A stretch of DNA of 62,933 bases, filler included, from Globobulimina sp. (GCA_003354225.1; 28 parts of 28 records of this genome joined end to end with filler, not necessarily neighbours in it); one strand, 5' to 3'; shown: positions 34,130-46,299, counted from the first letter of the whole stretch. Program-made: numbers and translations. Notes: generated by a model not told the origin, from the letters alone.

Positions 34130-34350
34130 ATGAGGTGGTATGCACCCACCTGGGCTGTTTAAAAACCACGGGTCAATAAACAGTCGGTCGGACTACTTTA
34201 TAAGCGACGTAGCCTGCTTGGTAGGTATTGGAATCACAAGGATTCGGTGTACAGGTACCCTACAATACGGTAGCTTCACAAAATTCATAAATAGATATGT
34301 GCTTAGGTTGGTGTCAGCGCCATGCTCATCAAAATAACAGTTTTTTTTTT
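34130..34350 (+). ncRNA. Candidate unidentified structured RNA (~200 nt) with downstream T10 tract
   Basis: GC-richer island with long-range stems 34130-34139/34319-34329 and 34142-34155/34301-34314 (G-U pairs), three internal hairpins, and T10 at 34341-34350. Confidence 0.45.
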
Positions 34351-34394
34351 AACAAAAATTGTTTAATTACTTCTAGCATCCTACAAAATCAACC

Positions 34395-35447
34395 ATGAAA
34401 CGCAAAGCAACTGTTCAATCAGAGCCACCCACAAAACGACAAAAAGTATCCACTCCCAAACCATCCCACGGATACAGTTCATTGGAAATGAAGGATTTCT
34501 TACAATTATTCAAACATTTGGAATCCCAAAAAAATCAAAATCAAACACTCGATCGTTGTATTTATGAATCCTATCAAATATTATCAAACAATCTCAACAA
34601 TACAGTTAAAAAACAAAAACAACAAACTCTGCCCACACAGTGCAATGCTAAAAACGCCATTAAAACAAAACAAAAACAGGACACTAAATCAGAAGACCGA
34701 AATCCAGAATCATTCCATACAAAAATGCGAGAAATTGTCAAAAAAAAAACCATTATCCCAAGCAATGTATTTTTCGAACAATTAATTCAGTTAAAAGCCC
34801 AAATCAAAGCCATTCGCTTATTATCGCGTGACATTGGTTTATCGCAAACCATCAGTGATTTAAGTCACGGCGTTGATAATCCACATTCATGGCAGAGACC
34901 ATACATTGATCCAACCCGTACACAGAATCCGTCGGTTTGTAAACAGGGAAAATATGATTTAGAATCCGCTAAAAAGGAGGGCTCTGATGACATTATCATT
35001 GATTCTTCGCCACAAACCATTGAACAGTTAGTATATCAAAATGAATATGATGGCCTTAAGAAGTTAGTGCATCGCCGGAGAATGTTAAAGAATTTTATCA
35101 ATACATGTGATGCTACAAAGTCAGCGAAAAATAATAAGAATGTGCACGTGAAAGGAAAGCATAATTTTGATGTTAGTATGTATAAGAAAGCACGCGATGA
35201 ATTTCAATCATTGGAGTTGTGTGAATTACAAAATAAAGTAAGGAACGAGATATTGCACTGTAGGATGGATAAATATATTTATGATGAGGATAATGGGGAT
35301 AATGAAGCATTGTTAGATCCAGATTTATTTGCAAGGACTGCGCAGATTGGATTGCATTTCGATCCACATATAAATTCTGCGAATCATCCACCGACAATGG
35401 CTACATCCAATGATGTCTTTCCGTTTTATTATCTTGGCGAAAAATGA
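34395..35447 (+). CDS. QLQ-domain protein resembling the SNF2/BRM N-terminus, no ATPase
   Basis: QLQ 'FFEQLIQLKAQIKAIRLLSRDIGL'; pre-HSA-like 'KARDEFQSLELCELQNKVRNEIL'. Confidence 0.65.
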   Translation: MKRKATVQSEPPTKRQKVSTPKPSHGYSSLEMKDFLQLFKHLESQKNQNQTLDRCIYESYQILSNNLNNTVKKQKQQTLPTQCNAKNAIKTKQKQDTKSEDRNPESFHTKMREIVKKKTIIPSNVFFEQLIQLKAQIKAIRLLSRDIGLSQTISDLSHGVDNPHSWQRPYIDPTRTQNPSVCKQGKYDLESAKKEGSDDIIIDSSPQTIEQLVYQNEYDGLKKLVHRRRMLKNFINTCDATKSAKNNKNVHVKGKHNFDVSMYKKARDEFQSLELCELQNKVRNEILHCRMDKYIYDEDNGDNEALLDPDLFARTAQIGLHFDPHINSANHPPTMATSNDVFPFYYLGEK

Positions 35448-36032
35448 CAGCAAATTGTTGTGTTTTTAATATCAATGCATGTGTTAAATGTTTTTGTGCA
35501 GAAACGGTTGTTTTTAATCTATAAATCGGGTTTTGTACAGATGCAGATGTTTTTATTATGCTTCTAAACTTTAATAAGTGTGGTTTGGATATCTTGCTAT
35601 TTATCTGCTTTTCATTCAAATACAAAAGCTTTTTATCTGCTTTTTTTGTATGAGCAAGAATCTATTAAAATACAAAAAGCAAATATCCAAATCACACAAA
35701 AAGTAAAACATTATCGAAGAAAACAAAACGAAAAAAAAATTAAAACACAAAAGAATTAAAAAATATCACAAATTTGATGCTGAAGCAACACACCATTCAT
35801 GATTAAAAAAAGTGTGCTGTGAAAAATATTCTCGTAATCTATATATGAAAACTATAAATCAAACAACGCAAAAAAAAACAAAGAGAGGAGAAATAACAAA
35901 ACAAACTAAATATAAAAACAAGTTTACAAAGCNNNNNNNNNNNNNNNNNNNNNNNNNNNNNNNNNNNNNNNNNNNNTTAATTAATTAANNNNNNNNNNNN
36001 NNNNNNNNNNNNNNNNNNNNNNNNNNNNNNNN

Positions 36033-38183
36033 TCGTTTAATATGTACAAATTATTGGCAAATCGAGCTGTTCCATCAGTCATTGCTTTAACTTTATTCAT
36101 CAAATCATTTAATGTGCTGGCTTCATAATATATTTTTTTACAGCCTGTTTGTTTTAATTTTACAGCCTGTTTTGTCTCATTTTGTAATATTTGCATAAAT
36201 TTTCGAAATCTCAATTTTTGTTTAATTTTAAACCCACATTCTTTGCAAAAATCACTTATTTCAGTTTTTTCTAAATTCCGCAGCATCTCTAAATCCATTT
36301 CATTTTGCTTCAAAACATCATGTAAATCATCATACAATTTATGTGTTTTTAATATTGCAGACAAATCAAGTGCAGTGATTGAGCCATGACCATCATGCTC
36401 AAATGTTGGTGAATGCAATGAATATCCATGAACTGAGCTAAATATATCCATATCACGCAACCATTTGCATGAATCATGGTTATTTATCCATTTATCAAAC
36501 TCATTTGCATAATTCCCATAGTCATTCTCTACATTAACCGTAAAGTCAAAAACACATCGATCACTATTACGCAATAAATATAAAAACGATGGTTTTCTGT
36601 TTGAATTTACAATTACTTGCATATTTTTCTGTAATTTGTGCATCAATTTCTTGAATGAATCACTCATCACTTGATTATCATACCATATCACAACATTGGA
36701 CACAGCATAACATGCTTCAAACAATTTTTTAGTAAACTCGGTAACGCCGTGACTTAATATCCTTCCATATCAAGCAAATACATTTCATTTACTTTACACA
36801 TTTCAATTTCATCCGTCTTGTTTCTTAATCTTTTACTCACGATATTTACCAATGCCTTTGCATGCTTTGTACAAATTTTTAATTCATTTGTTAACAAATT
36901 TATATCGTTTAACTTATAAAATGACTTTCCATCAATATCATTTTTCAATATATAGGTAATTAACTTGTGATAAACGTCGAGGAATTTTGGGTTTAATGAT
37001 TTAAACCACGAAATTATATCATTGGCAGACCACATTTCTATGTCGTCCTCAGGTATTTGATCAATTAATACAAACTCAGGATGTTCACTACTTTTTACCT
37101 CGTCAACATTTATATCCATGTTGTCGCCGTACAATGATATCCATGCACCTTTAGTTTGTGAAGTATTTCCGGAATTTGAAGTTTCAAATATTTCATGCTT
37201 CATTTCCGAGTCTTTGTCTTTATTTTTTAATATCGCATTCAATAAAAATGATTTACCGATTCTTGAGGGGCCCATACATGTTACTATTGGAACACTTGTA
37301 TGATTTATATACATCAAATCTGAATCCCATTGCAATAAATCAGCATCTTCATCAGCAACATTATCGTCTTGTTTATCCTCGTCATTTTCATCGGATTTGC
37401 CATCATTTTCTGTATAAAATATTTTCATTGCGTTTTTATGTATTTTTTGTTGTTGTTTGTTAAAATCATATTTATCATATAGTTGTTGCCAAATATTCTG
37501 CCATAATTTTTTATCTTGTACATCTTTGAAAGTGTTGATAAAATCGTCTCTGATCATACGTTTCTTCGTAAATTTATTTATAGCTTTTTTGAGTTTCTTT
37601 TTTCGCCTTAATTATAATTAATTTTCTAAATAATTAATTATAATTTTGTTATTTAGACATATTCTACATACATTACAATAGGTTTTCCCCTTCCAATCGA
37701 TATTAAAATACCAGTGATAGGATCAATATTTCGTGATAATTGTTGCAAATATTTAACTGTCACGGCATCGTATATCATACCAGATTTTAATATTTGTACA
37801 GGATCTGTCATTATTTTATTTGTTATTGGATCCAAAAACGTCAATGGGATCTGCACAGTGCACACAAAGGAAAACATTTAACATTATGACAATGCAAGTA
37901 ATGCATAATTATGTATTTCACATAACTTTGATGTATGGCGATATAGCACTACGATCATATCGATGTGTGCTTTTTGTCTTTGTTTCATCCATTTCTACAT
38001 ATTCTACAATTATCTTTTCTTGTTTCCCCATTGCCGATATTTGAGTAATTTGACCGACAACCCATGATTTCACACCTTTGAAATGATGCAATCTGTGATG
38101 TAATCTCACCAGTACTTTGTCGCCAATTTTCCATTGTTTTCTTACATTCCTCTCATAAGCTAATTTGATTTTTTGTTGCTGTG
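36033..38183 (-). CDS. Tudor/SH3-like + U-box + GBP/atlastin-like GTPase with two SAM domains (one 2-nt frameshift), partial at both ends
   Basis: In-frame introns 37851-37926 and ~37608-37671. U-box 'IPLTFLDPITNKIMTDPV..SGMIYD..DPITG'; G1 GPSRIGKS, G2 TKGAWI, G3 LLDMEG; two SAM motifs. Confidence 0.75.
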
Positions 38184-38283
38184 NNNNNNNNNNNNNNNNN
38201 NNNNNNNNNNNNNNNNNNNNNNNNNNNTTAATTAATTAANNNNNNNNNNNNNNNNNNNNNNNNNNNNNNNNNNNNNNNNNNNN

Positions 38284-40323
38284 GAATATAATGATATTGA
38301 AATATTTTACATTAAAAAACGATTAAATTGGCGACCAGTCAATATGTGCCTGCTTAATGTGCCATTATCCATTTTAAATAATAATTCATTATCGCGAATT
38401 GTCACTAGTACCATTATTGAAAATATTCATTCGACGTTTATTCTGTATACAATTCAGAATGCGATCAAATTTGATTATGATATGACGCAAATCGATTACG
38501 AGCCGCTATTAACTGCGTTAATTAACCCACAAGAAATCAAAGCAGAACGCCTTAAATTAGCACAAATTGAATTAGTTAAAGACCGAACTGGCCCAACTCC
38601 GATGAATGAGGACTCATATAACAATAAACCAGACTCTTTAAGTGATGACTCAGTAAATAACGAATTAAATATGCAATGCATTAATATCGTTAAATTGATC
38701 AAGAAATATGCAGTGAAGGCAGAGGATGTGCGAATTACGAATATTATCAAAAATAGACGTTGGTGCCGTAACATTTTATATCAAATGAGTAATGAAACTG
38801 GCAGCGAATTAGAAATCCCTCCATGGATTGATCATAATAATTGGAAGAGAATGATAAATTTCGTTGTGGCCGATGACTGTGTTAAAAGTGTGGGGAAACC
38901 ATTCAAATCGGACTTATTATATGATGACCAAAAGGTATTTATTACGCCCATCACAATAAATGGAATAAATCCGAAATTAATTGTCGGTGACGAAGCATTA
39001 AATTATCCAGCGATGAAATTCCCATTTGGCTCAATCCATAAATATATGTTATTATTACGAAGCAATTTATATTATGATTTCATCGCAACTGCCCCGACGT
39101 GCGTATGTGGGAAGAAATTTTCGTCTCATTCCAAATGCCCTGAGCAAGCAAATTATGTCAAAAAGAAAATTAATGCGATCAAACAGCGATGTAAGAAAGG
39201 AAAAATATCACATAAACAAGCGGAGATTGCGATTAGTAAAATCATCTCAGTCAAATGTATCAAATGCGGACATTTTGGTCATTTTATAAATGAATGCAAA
39301 TGTGATGAGCCGTCCTGTATTTGCTGCCATAAATCCCTTCATATTCGGACTTTGAATATTTTAGTTTGCTCGGATTCGTTTAATTTGATTAAATTATTTG
39401 AGAATTTACATAATATTATCACAAATTGGAGAGAAATAAATTTAGATAACATTGATCATTATAAATTGATACATTGTGCAGTTACGAATGAGTTAAAGTT
39501 ATCGGAGTTATACAAAATTATTGACACCAACTCGCACAATCAAATAGTCCTCGATACAAATAACCAAAATGATGAAAATAAACAAGGAAATTATAGTGAT
39601 GCCGCTCGACCCAATAACCGCCAGAATAAACCACAGAATAATAATAATTCTGCACCAATGAGAACCGACATTTTATTACCAATCGATACCTTATCCCCGG
39701 CTGAGGAGAGCCTATTAAATCATGGTTTGGTGGATGAAGATTTTGACGCATCGCCGGAGCAGACAGTGGAGTTTGATGAGGCTAAACACATCGAACTACC
39801 ATCAAATCCAATCATTTCCCACACCAAATCTCCATCAACCAATAAGAATATACCAATCACATCAAATCCGTACATCGATGATGATCTCATTGCAGCCATA
39901 AATAATGAGATATGTACAAATGAAACCAATCAAGAATTTAATAATAATTTCGCACACTTAACTACCAATAATCCGCCAACAACAACTGATAATATCTTGG
40001 TTTCAGCCGCTGAGATGTATTCATTTGATGAAGATATCACTGAAACAAATACCAATGTCAATGTACGAAACCGCCGCAAACCTCAACCACCGCAGAAATT
40101 ACATTCAGTCCAAATCCAACCAAAGATGCCAAAATATGTTAAGAAAAGAAGCAAAAAAGCGGAAACATTTGGAGTAAATATGCAGAGTGACAAAGTACAT
40201 AAAGCAGCCAATCAGAATAATTCCACACATTTGCTCCCGTTTAAAAAAAAAAGACCAAAAAGAAAAAGTAAAATTCAAAAAGAAAGAACCTCAAAAGTAC
40301 CTGTTAAGCGCTCCCAAAAATGA
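38284..40323 (+). mobile_element. Gag/ORF1-like protein with CCHC zinc knuckle (probable retrotransposon ORF1)
   Basis: Intronless 659-aa ORF; CIKCGHFGHFINEC (CX2CX4HX4C) followed by CICCHKSLH; disordered basic tail; ATGA overlap with a downstream open frame. Confidence 0.55.
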
Positions 40324-40533
40324 TTAAAAAGTTCGTTATTTTAAAAGAGAAATTAGCAACCAACCAAGTCACGATTTGTATAATATATAATAATTTACTC
40401 TATTCCCTTTTAATTATCTTATTAATTTTCTTANNNNNNNNNNNNNNNNNNNNNNNNNNNNNNNNNNNNNNNNNNNNTTAATTAATTAANNNNNNNNNNN
40501 NNNNNNNNNNNNNNNNNNNNNNNNNNNNNNNNN

Positions 40534-41377
40534 AACCTTTGAAATCTGGAATATTTTCCCATTCATTTTAATTAACTGTCGACAACCAACGCTTTTATAC
40601 ATTTGATCTTCAAAGTGATATAGAACATTAATGTTAAAAAAATATTTATTTGTATGCTGGTCATTCCATTTGGAAAAATCAAAATTATCCAACTTCATTG
40701 CTTTCCATTTCTTTAATTGCTGGCCATTCAATGATTCATTTTCTTCCTTTAAGCTCTTTCTTGAACGTAAAAACTGCCCATTTATGGCAACGCGGAGTTG
40801 ATTTAAATGTAAAATGTTGGCTAATTGTATGACATCGCGTGCTATGAAGATGTCGTCGTAATCGTATCTTCGCGTTAATCCTAATTGCAAATAATGTGTT
40901 TTTTATGTTATCAGATTGTTTTTAAAAGAGCAAGGATAATATTTATATAATACCGGTGTATAAATATTTAATGACAATCAATAATGCATCGTAGGAGACA
41001 TTGAAACGAATTATATTTGCATTCATATCAATGTTAATGACATCTGTTGGCAATGAATCCGTTCTTTTTTGTGACATGTAATAAAATATTAAATCAAAAA
41101 CAATGCATCGAGCACGGATTATATCCCAATGACAGCAAATAATGCCATCCTTTGAGGCTTTTATATTTGAAAAAGTATCTTCATTTTCATCCAATGAGGT
41201 TAGTGACATGTTTGATTCATCAAATTTAGTCTCATCTTTGCTATCATCAATATCGCTATCATCAACATTCATAAATAGTTGTTCATCACTGACATTTGCT
41301 TTTAGTTTGATATCTGATAATGTCGGATTGTTGATAAAAGCTGCGAAATTGAATTGAATCGGATGTAAATTATTCAT
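40534..41377 (-). CDS. BTB/POZ domain protein, spliced, 3'-partial
   Basis: 'FINNPTLSDIKL..CHWDIIRARCIVF..VSYDALLIVIKYLYTG', then exon 'VIQLANILHLNQL'. Confidence 0.75.
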
Positions 41378-41473
41378 GCTTTCTTTTACCACTTTCAAAC
41401 AACTCGCATGCAAAATGTGGTAGATGTTTGATGAAAAAAGAGAAAACAACCCGGCTAAAACTGTAAGTGTTTG

Positions 41474-42683
41474 ATGGCGAGCAATAATGACAAAGATGCT
41501 ATGAATAACACAGTGACGCAATTACTTTCATTTGGTAACACATTAAAAGATGATGAAAAAATAAATAACAGTGATAACCATATACATGAATTAGCATATA
41601 AAGCAGCCCAAGAATTTCAAAAATTAACTGCTGAAAAGAATGAATTATTTCGAGAAAAGGAGCAATTTAAACAAAAACATGACGATTTGATTGAAAAAAT
41701 GCAGGATTTACAACACGTGCTTACTGATTCGGAAATATATAAAGAACAAAACCAAACATTATTGAGTCAAAATGCAAACTACGAGACAGAAATAAGAATA
41801 TTTGAGCAAGAAAAGAGTATTTTACAAGAAACCATTCAGGATTTAAAACAACACATTGATATAAATACAGAACCCATGCAAATGGAAATTGAAAACTCAA
41901 ACTCGAGTGTCACTCAGCAAAAAACCGTAAAACATGACAATGGCAGTTATGGCACTGACGACGGTCAGCATCGGTTTATGGTCGAGATTTCACGAATGAC
42001 AAAGGAAAAAAATGAGTTTATTGAACAATTGGAAGCATACAAGTTCGCGTTAAATAATAAAAATAAAGCAATGTGTATATTGAATCAAAGATTTGTGGAT
42101 TCTGGAAATGAGGTAAAGCGATTAAGCAATAATTTAACACAGCAACAAAATAAATATATCAAGTTGGAAAAATCTAAAAATGAACAAAAACATATTTATG
42201 ATCGGAATATTAGCCTTCATTCGGACCAAATTGTGGATGAACATAAAGCCAAAGAAATGAAGTTCATGCAAACCATCGAGAATTTAAACAAAAAAATCCA
42301 AGAATTGCAACAGCAAAATGCACAATTACAAAATGATAAAAATAAATCCGAAAAGAAGCGACATCATATGAGGTATTTAATAAATTTATGATTTATAATA
42401 ATAATACAAATATACATAAATTAAAAAAGAATAAGGACTGCAAATGATGTTTTGGGTGCGGCGGATTTATATGATATGGAGCCATTTGATGATGAAGATG
42501 AGGAGGAATTATCTGAGGATGATGATGACAATGATAATGCAGCAGTAATCGAGACATTTCATAATGACATTGATGTTAAAACACCGCACCAATCCATTGA
42601 TCAGCATGGTGATAATAATAAGGATAAAAAAACAGTTTCCAATCAATGTGCATGTTTTGTTTCTTTTTTTAACAGATTCAAAA
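41474..42683 (+). CDS. Coiled-coil protein with acidic tail (2 exons)
   Basis: Long E/K/Q heptad ORF; AT-rich intron at ~42373-42435; acidic second exon. Confidence 0.6.
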
Positions 42684-42783
42684 NNNNNNNNNNNNNNNNN
42701 NNNNNNNNNNNNNNNNNNNNNNNNNNNTTAATTAATTAANNNNNNNNNNNNNNNNNNNNNNNNNNNNNNNNNNNNNNNNNNNN

Positions 42784-42971
42784 ATCACCACCTTTGCTTG
42801 TTTTGAGATTGTAATCGCTTTATGAGCAGTTTTGAATGCGTCTACAATATTTTTATAATAATCGCCATAATAATTATAACAAATTTGATTGATGGATATT
42901 GGAATGATTTTCTGTTTAATTGTTTTTTGAACTTTTCGTATGTAGCCAGAAACAATTAAAACCTCCATCAC
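42784..42971 (-). CDS. 'LIVSGYIR...IIPISINQICYNYY' leader-motif protein, 3'-partial
   Basis: Same leader motif type as the TLDc gene at 28730. Confidence 0.55.
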
Positions 42972-43242
42972 TTCAGGTATTGATATTGAATATGTTTTCT
43001 TGAGTTTATCCGGCTGTCACTTGTTTGGCATTTGTAAGTAAAAATAAATGGCTGCGCTTCTCCGAAAACCGTATAACTCCAAATGTTTTATAATATATCA
43101 TGGTACCATTAATTGATTAGGTGATGATAAATACATATAAATTTAAGTACGAATACAATTTAACATTTTTCAATGAATACTTAAAAAATACTACAAGTAA
43201 AATTCATACAATATATAAAAACAAGTGTTTTTGTGCTCTGTT

Positions 43243-43971
43243 TCATTGTTTTGTAATTTCAGAAAAACCAAGAAGTGTTGTCGTCGATTCTTGTTCTGCG
43301 ATCTGCTTATTTTCATTCGATGAACTTTTCTCAGAATTCGTAGTTTCATTTTCAACGTTTCTCGCATGACCCAATAAAGTAACACCTCCGCTATTTGCTA
43401 TATTATCCGCTTTGTCCGCATCATTTATTTGTTTATTACCAGTCATATCTTGTGATTCATCAATATCTGTATCCTGTGATTGGCCGCCATCTGTAGTTTT
43501 ATCCAATTTATGCTGCTCATAACCCATCAAAGTATGCGCTTTAATTACAAGCGATGTATTTATATTGGTCTCAGGCATAGTTTCCTCTTTGTCTTTGCCG
43601 CCCAATGTTTTGTCCACACTCTCATTCTTATGGTCGTCGTGATGGGCGTCGCCTGCACTCGTTTCTGATGCCTTGTCGTCTGATACTTGCTCTGTTTCTT
43701 GCTTCTGTTCCTGTTTTGATTCATTGTCATTTGCACTGATAACTTGCTCAGATTCTATTGATTCTGCATCAGATTGGTTTGCTTGAATTGCTTCGTACTT
43801 TTCAGCATCTGGCTTTTGTATATTATTGGTCTCAATGCTATCATCCCTGGCGCAGGAACAGCCGACTAAAAATGTATCAAAATGTTGATTTATTTCACGC
43901 AAACATACACAACACGCATTATAAAAAAAAACATACTTCCCATGGACAGAAAGCGGTTTTCCGATTGACAA
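43243..43971 (-). CDS. Acidic low-complexity hypothetical protein (probably a terminal exon)
   Basis: 242-codon ORF, E/D/Q/T/S-rich in its 3' two-thirds. Confidence 0.4.
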   Translation of the reverse strand: MSIGKPLSVHGKYVFFYNACCVCLREINQHFDTFLVGCSCARDDSIETNNIQKPDAEKYEAIQANQSDAESIESEQVISANDNESKQEQKQETEQVSDDKASETSAGDAHHDDHKNESVDKTLGGKDKEETMPETNINTSLVIKAHTLMGYEQHKLDKTTDGGQSQDTDIDESQDMTGNKQINDADKADNIANSGGVTLLGHARNVENETTNSEKSSSNENKQIAEQESTTTLLGFSEITKQ

Positions 43972-45309
43972 GAATTAAATAAAAAACTTAAGCACATTAA
44001 TCTTTTTTCAACGTTCATAGAATTACGCAAACTTTTTTATATTTATCATAGATATCCATCGCATCATAGTTATATTCAGCTGCTGTATTATAGTCATTAT
44101 CTATGACATCTTCAGAACCATCAGTTCCATCATCATCATGATAAGCATCCTCAGCTTCTGCAGAATATGAAATAAATCTAAAAACGTTTCAAATTCGATG
44201 ATGTTATTTTGGCGTAAAGGAGCTAGAAAAAATAAGAGGAGATTATGTAAATGTAAATTAAATGAGACACAAAATAAAAATAATGCAAATAAAACAAGAA
44301 AAAGGTGAATATATTTTAGTGAAGAAAATGGATAAAAATGGATTGCCAAATAAAGATAATGAAATATGTAAATATAAAATTGGTTTAGCGAGCTATGAAT
44401 ATTTATTTATCCGCAATGTTAGTTTTATTAAATGTTAGTTTTAGTGTTAAAATTATTTTATAGCATTTATATGGAATGGATTGGATTGAGAATGCATAAC
44501 ACATTACAATAAAAGCAATATTTCGACAGTATTTAATTTCGACAAATCAATATCAATTAAGTGCGAAATTAAATACATTGCGAAATTAAGTACTATTGTT
44601 AGGACTTTTTGTAGTAGTCTTTGTTGCTGGAAATTGTCTTGGTTAGGACTTTTTGTTAGGACTTTTTGTAGTAATTAAGTACCATTGTCTTGGTCTTTGT
44701 TGCTGGAAATCCATGACAATATGTGGTGGTATATCACTGGCATACGTATCATCCATTACCAATGTACCTGGCTCCAATTGTGGCATCTGTGAATCACCAC
44801 AATCAATGTTTATATCATTATCAAATGTTTTGGTATGAATATGAATGGTTTTTGAGTGCTAATGGTAAAATGTTGAGTGCTTAAATTTACTTAGAAAAAA
44901 AACCAAAATCTTTCTTCTAAATGGATTTACTTTNNNNNNNNNNNNNNNNNNNNNNNNNNNNNNNNNNNNNNNNNNNNTTAATTAATTAANNNNNNNNNNN
45001 NNNNNNNNNNNNNNNNNNNNNNNNNNNNNNNNNGTCGATAAGTTGTATACATGTTATTCAATTATCTGAGAAACGCTTTTCAGATCCAGAAACTGTTTGC
45101 TATAGGTTTGTCTTCTGTTTGTTCTGTGTTGTTATAACTTTGTCTTGGGTTTGCAAATCCAGAACAAAGTCAGAACAAATTTATAATTGAATTTTCGGTA
45201 TACAAGGGGGATTATCTTTTGGAATATATCGTTGAGTCTTCCCCGAACTAAAAATTAAACTTAACTGTTTTTGTCTCAATACTCAGTATAACAAACACAA
45301 ACTGCATCA

Positions 45310-46044
45310 ATGGGCTGTTTAAACAGTGCCAGGTACAAGATTTTGATGGTTGGTCTGGATGGAGCTGGAAAGACATCAATTTTATATCAACTGAGAAGAA
45401 GAAACCCATATAAATATAGCGTCATTCCAACCATTGGGTTTAACGTTGAATCCATAGAATACAGAAGTGCACCATTGACAATATGGGATGTTGGAGGAAA
45501 AGTGCGCAGTGTCTGGGAGTATTATTATCCACATACTGCAGGATTAATATTTGTTGTTGATTGCAATAATAGGCAACGACTCGATAAATATACCGAAAAC
45601 GAATCGGAAAAAGATGAGCATAAAGAAATTGTAAAATATTGGTTATACAAAGTGCTACAAAATGAACCATTTGCAACTAATATAAATATTCCATTGCTAA
45701 TTTTTGCAAATAAATATGATGGAGATAATGCATTGAATGTTGATGAATTAGGAACTTATTTAGGAATTTATAAAAAAATGAATCCCAAAGATTATTACAA
45801 TGCAAACGGATCACTTCCGTATACCATTATCGATATAATATTTAATGAGTATTTACCAGTCATAAAGGAAAATAATTTAAATAGAAGACCAGTATATCTT
45901 TCTGCAAATATATCGTTTAAATATGTTAGACGTCGCAATGTGGAGATAGACAAATTTAATTCGAATCAAGATTATGATGAATATCGGCGGGGAAAATTAT
46001 GGAAAGCAATGGACTGGTTTACTGATTGTTTGTTACGCAATTAA
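45310..46044 (+). CDS. Arf-like GTPase, divergent
   Basis: MG start, ILMVGLDGAGKTSILY, IPTIGFNVE, WDVGG, LIFVVD, FANKYD. Confidence 0.9.
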   Translation: MGCLNSARYKILMVGLDGAGKTSILYQLRRRNPYKYSVIPTIGFNVESIEYRSAPLTIWDVGGKVRSVWEYYYPHTAGLIFVVDCNNRQRLDKYTENESEKDEHKEIVKYWLYKVLQNEPFATNINIPLLIFANKYDGDNALNVDELGTYLGIYKKMNPKDYYNANGSLPYTIIDIIFNEYLPVIKENNLNRRPVYLSANISFKYVRRRNVEIDKFNSNQDYDEYRRGKLWKAMDWFTDCLLRN

Positions 46045-46299
46045 TTGATTTGTAACCATAATAGTACTGCCAGAAACGTCGACACTTAAATCAAATATAC
46101 TGTTCAAAATTCACTTCTCGTAGAATGTAACACCACAAACCAAATTATTATTGTAAATGGAATTCCATCAAAAGGTTTTTATTTTACTTAGAGTGAAGCT
46201 CTTATAGTCTGCGCGGAGAGCATTAGAGGCTACCATCTAGAAATAATTATCTCGGTTCACGTTTGTTGGAAACGTATCTAAAGCAGCATTAAAATAAGC

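Noticed and set aside
34130-34330. RNase P/MRP, SRP or telomerase RNA identity for the structured island
   Set aside because: No CR-I/CR-V P4 motifs in the right places, no SRP helix-8 motif, and no recognisable telomeric template.
40943-41521. Apparent head-to-head overlap of BTB and coiled-coil ORFs
   Set aside because: The overlap disappears using the ATGs at 41377 and 41474; ordinary compact divergent pair.
44595-44712. Scrambled local duplications (TTAGGACTTTTTG, GTCTTTGTTGCTGGAAAT)
   Set aside because: Consistent with slippage or repair scars; no further structure.
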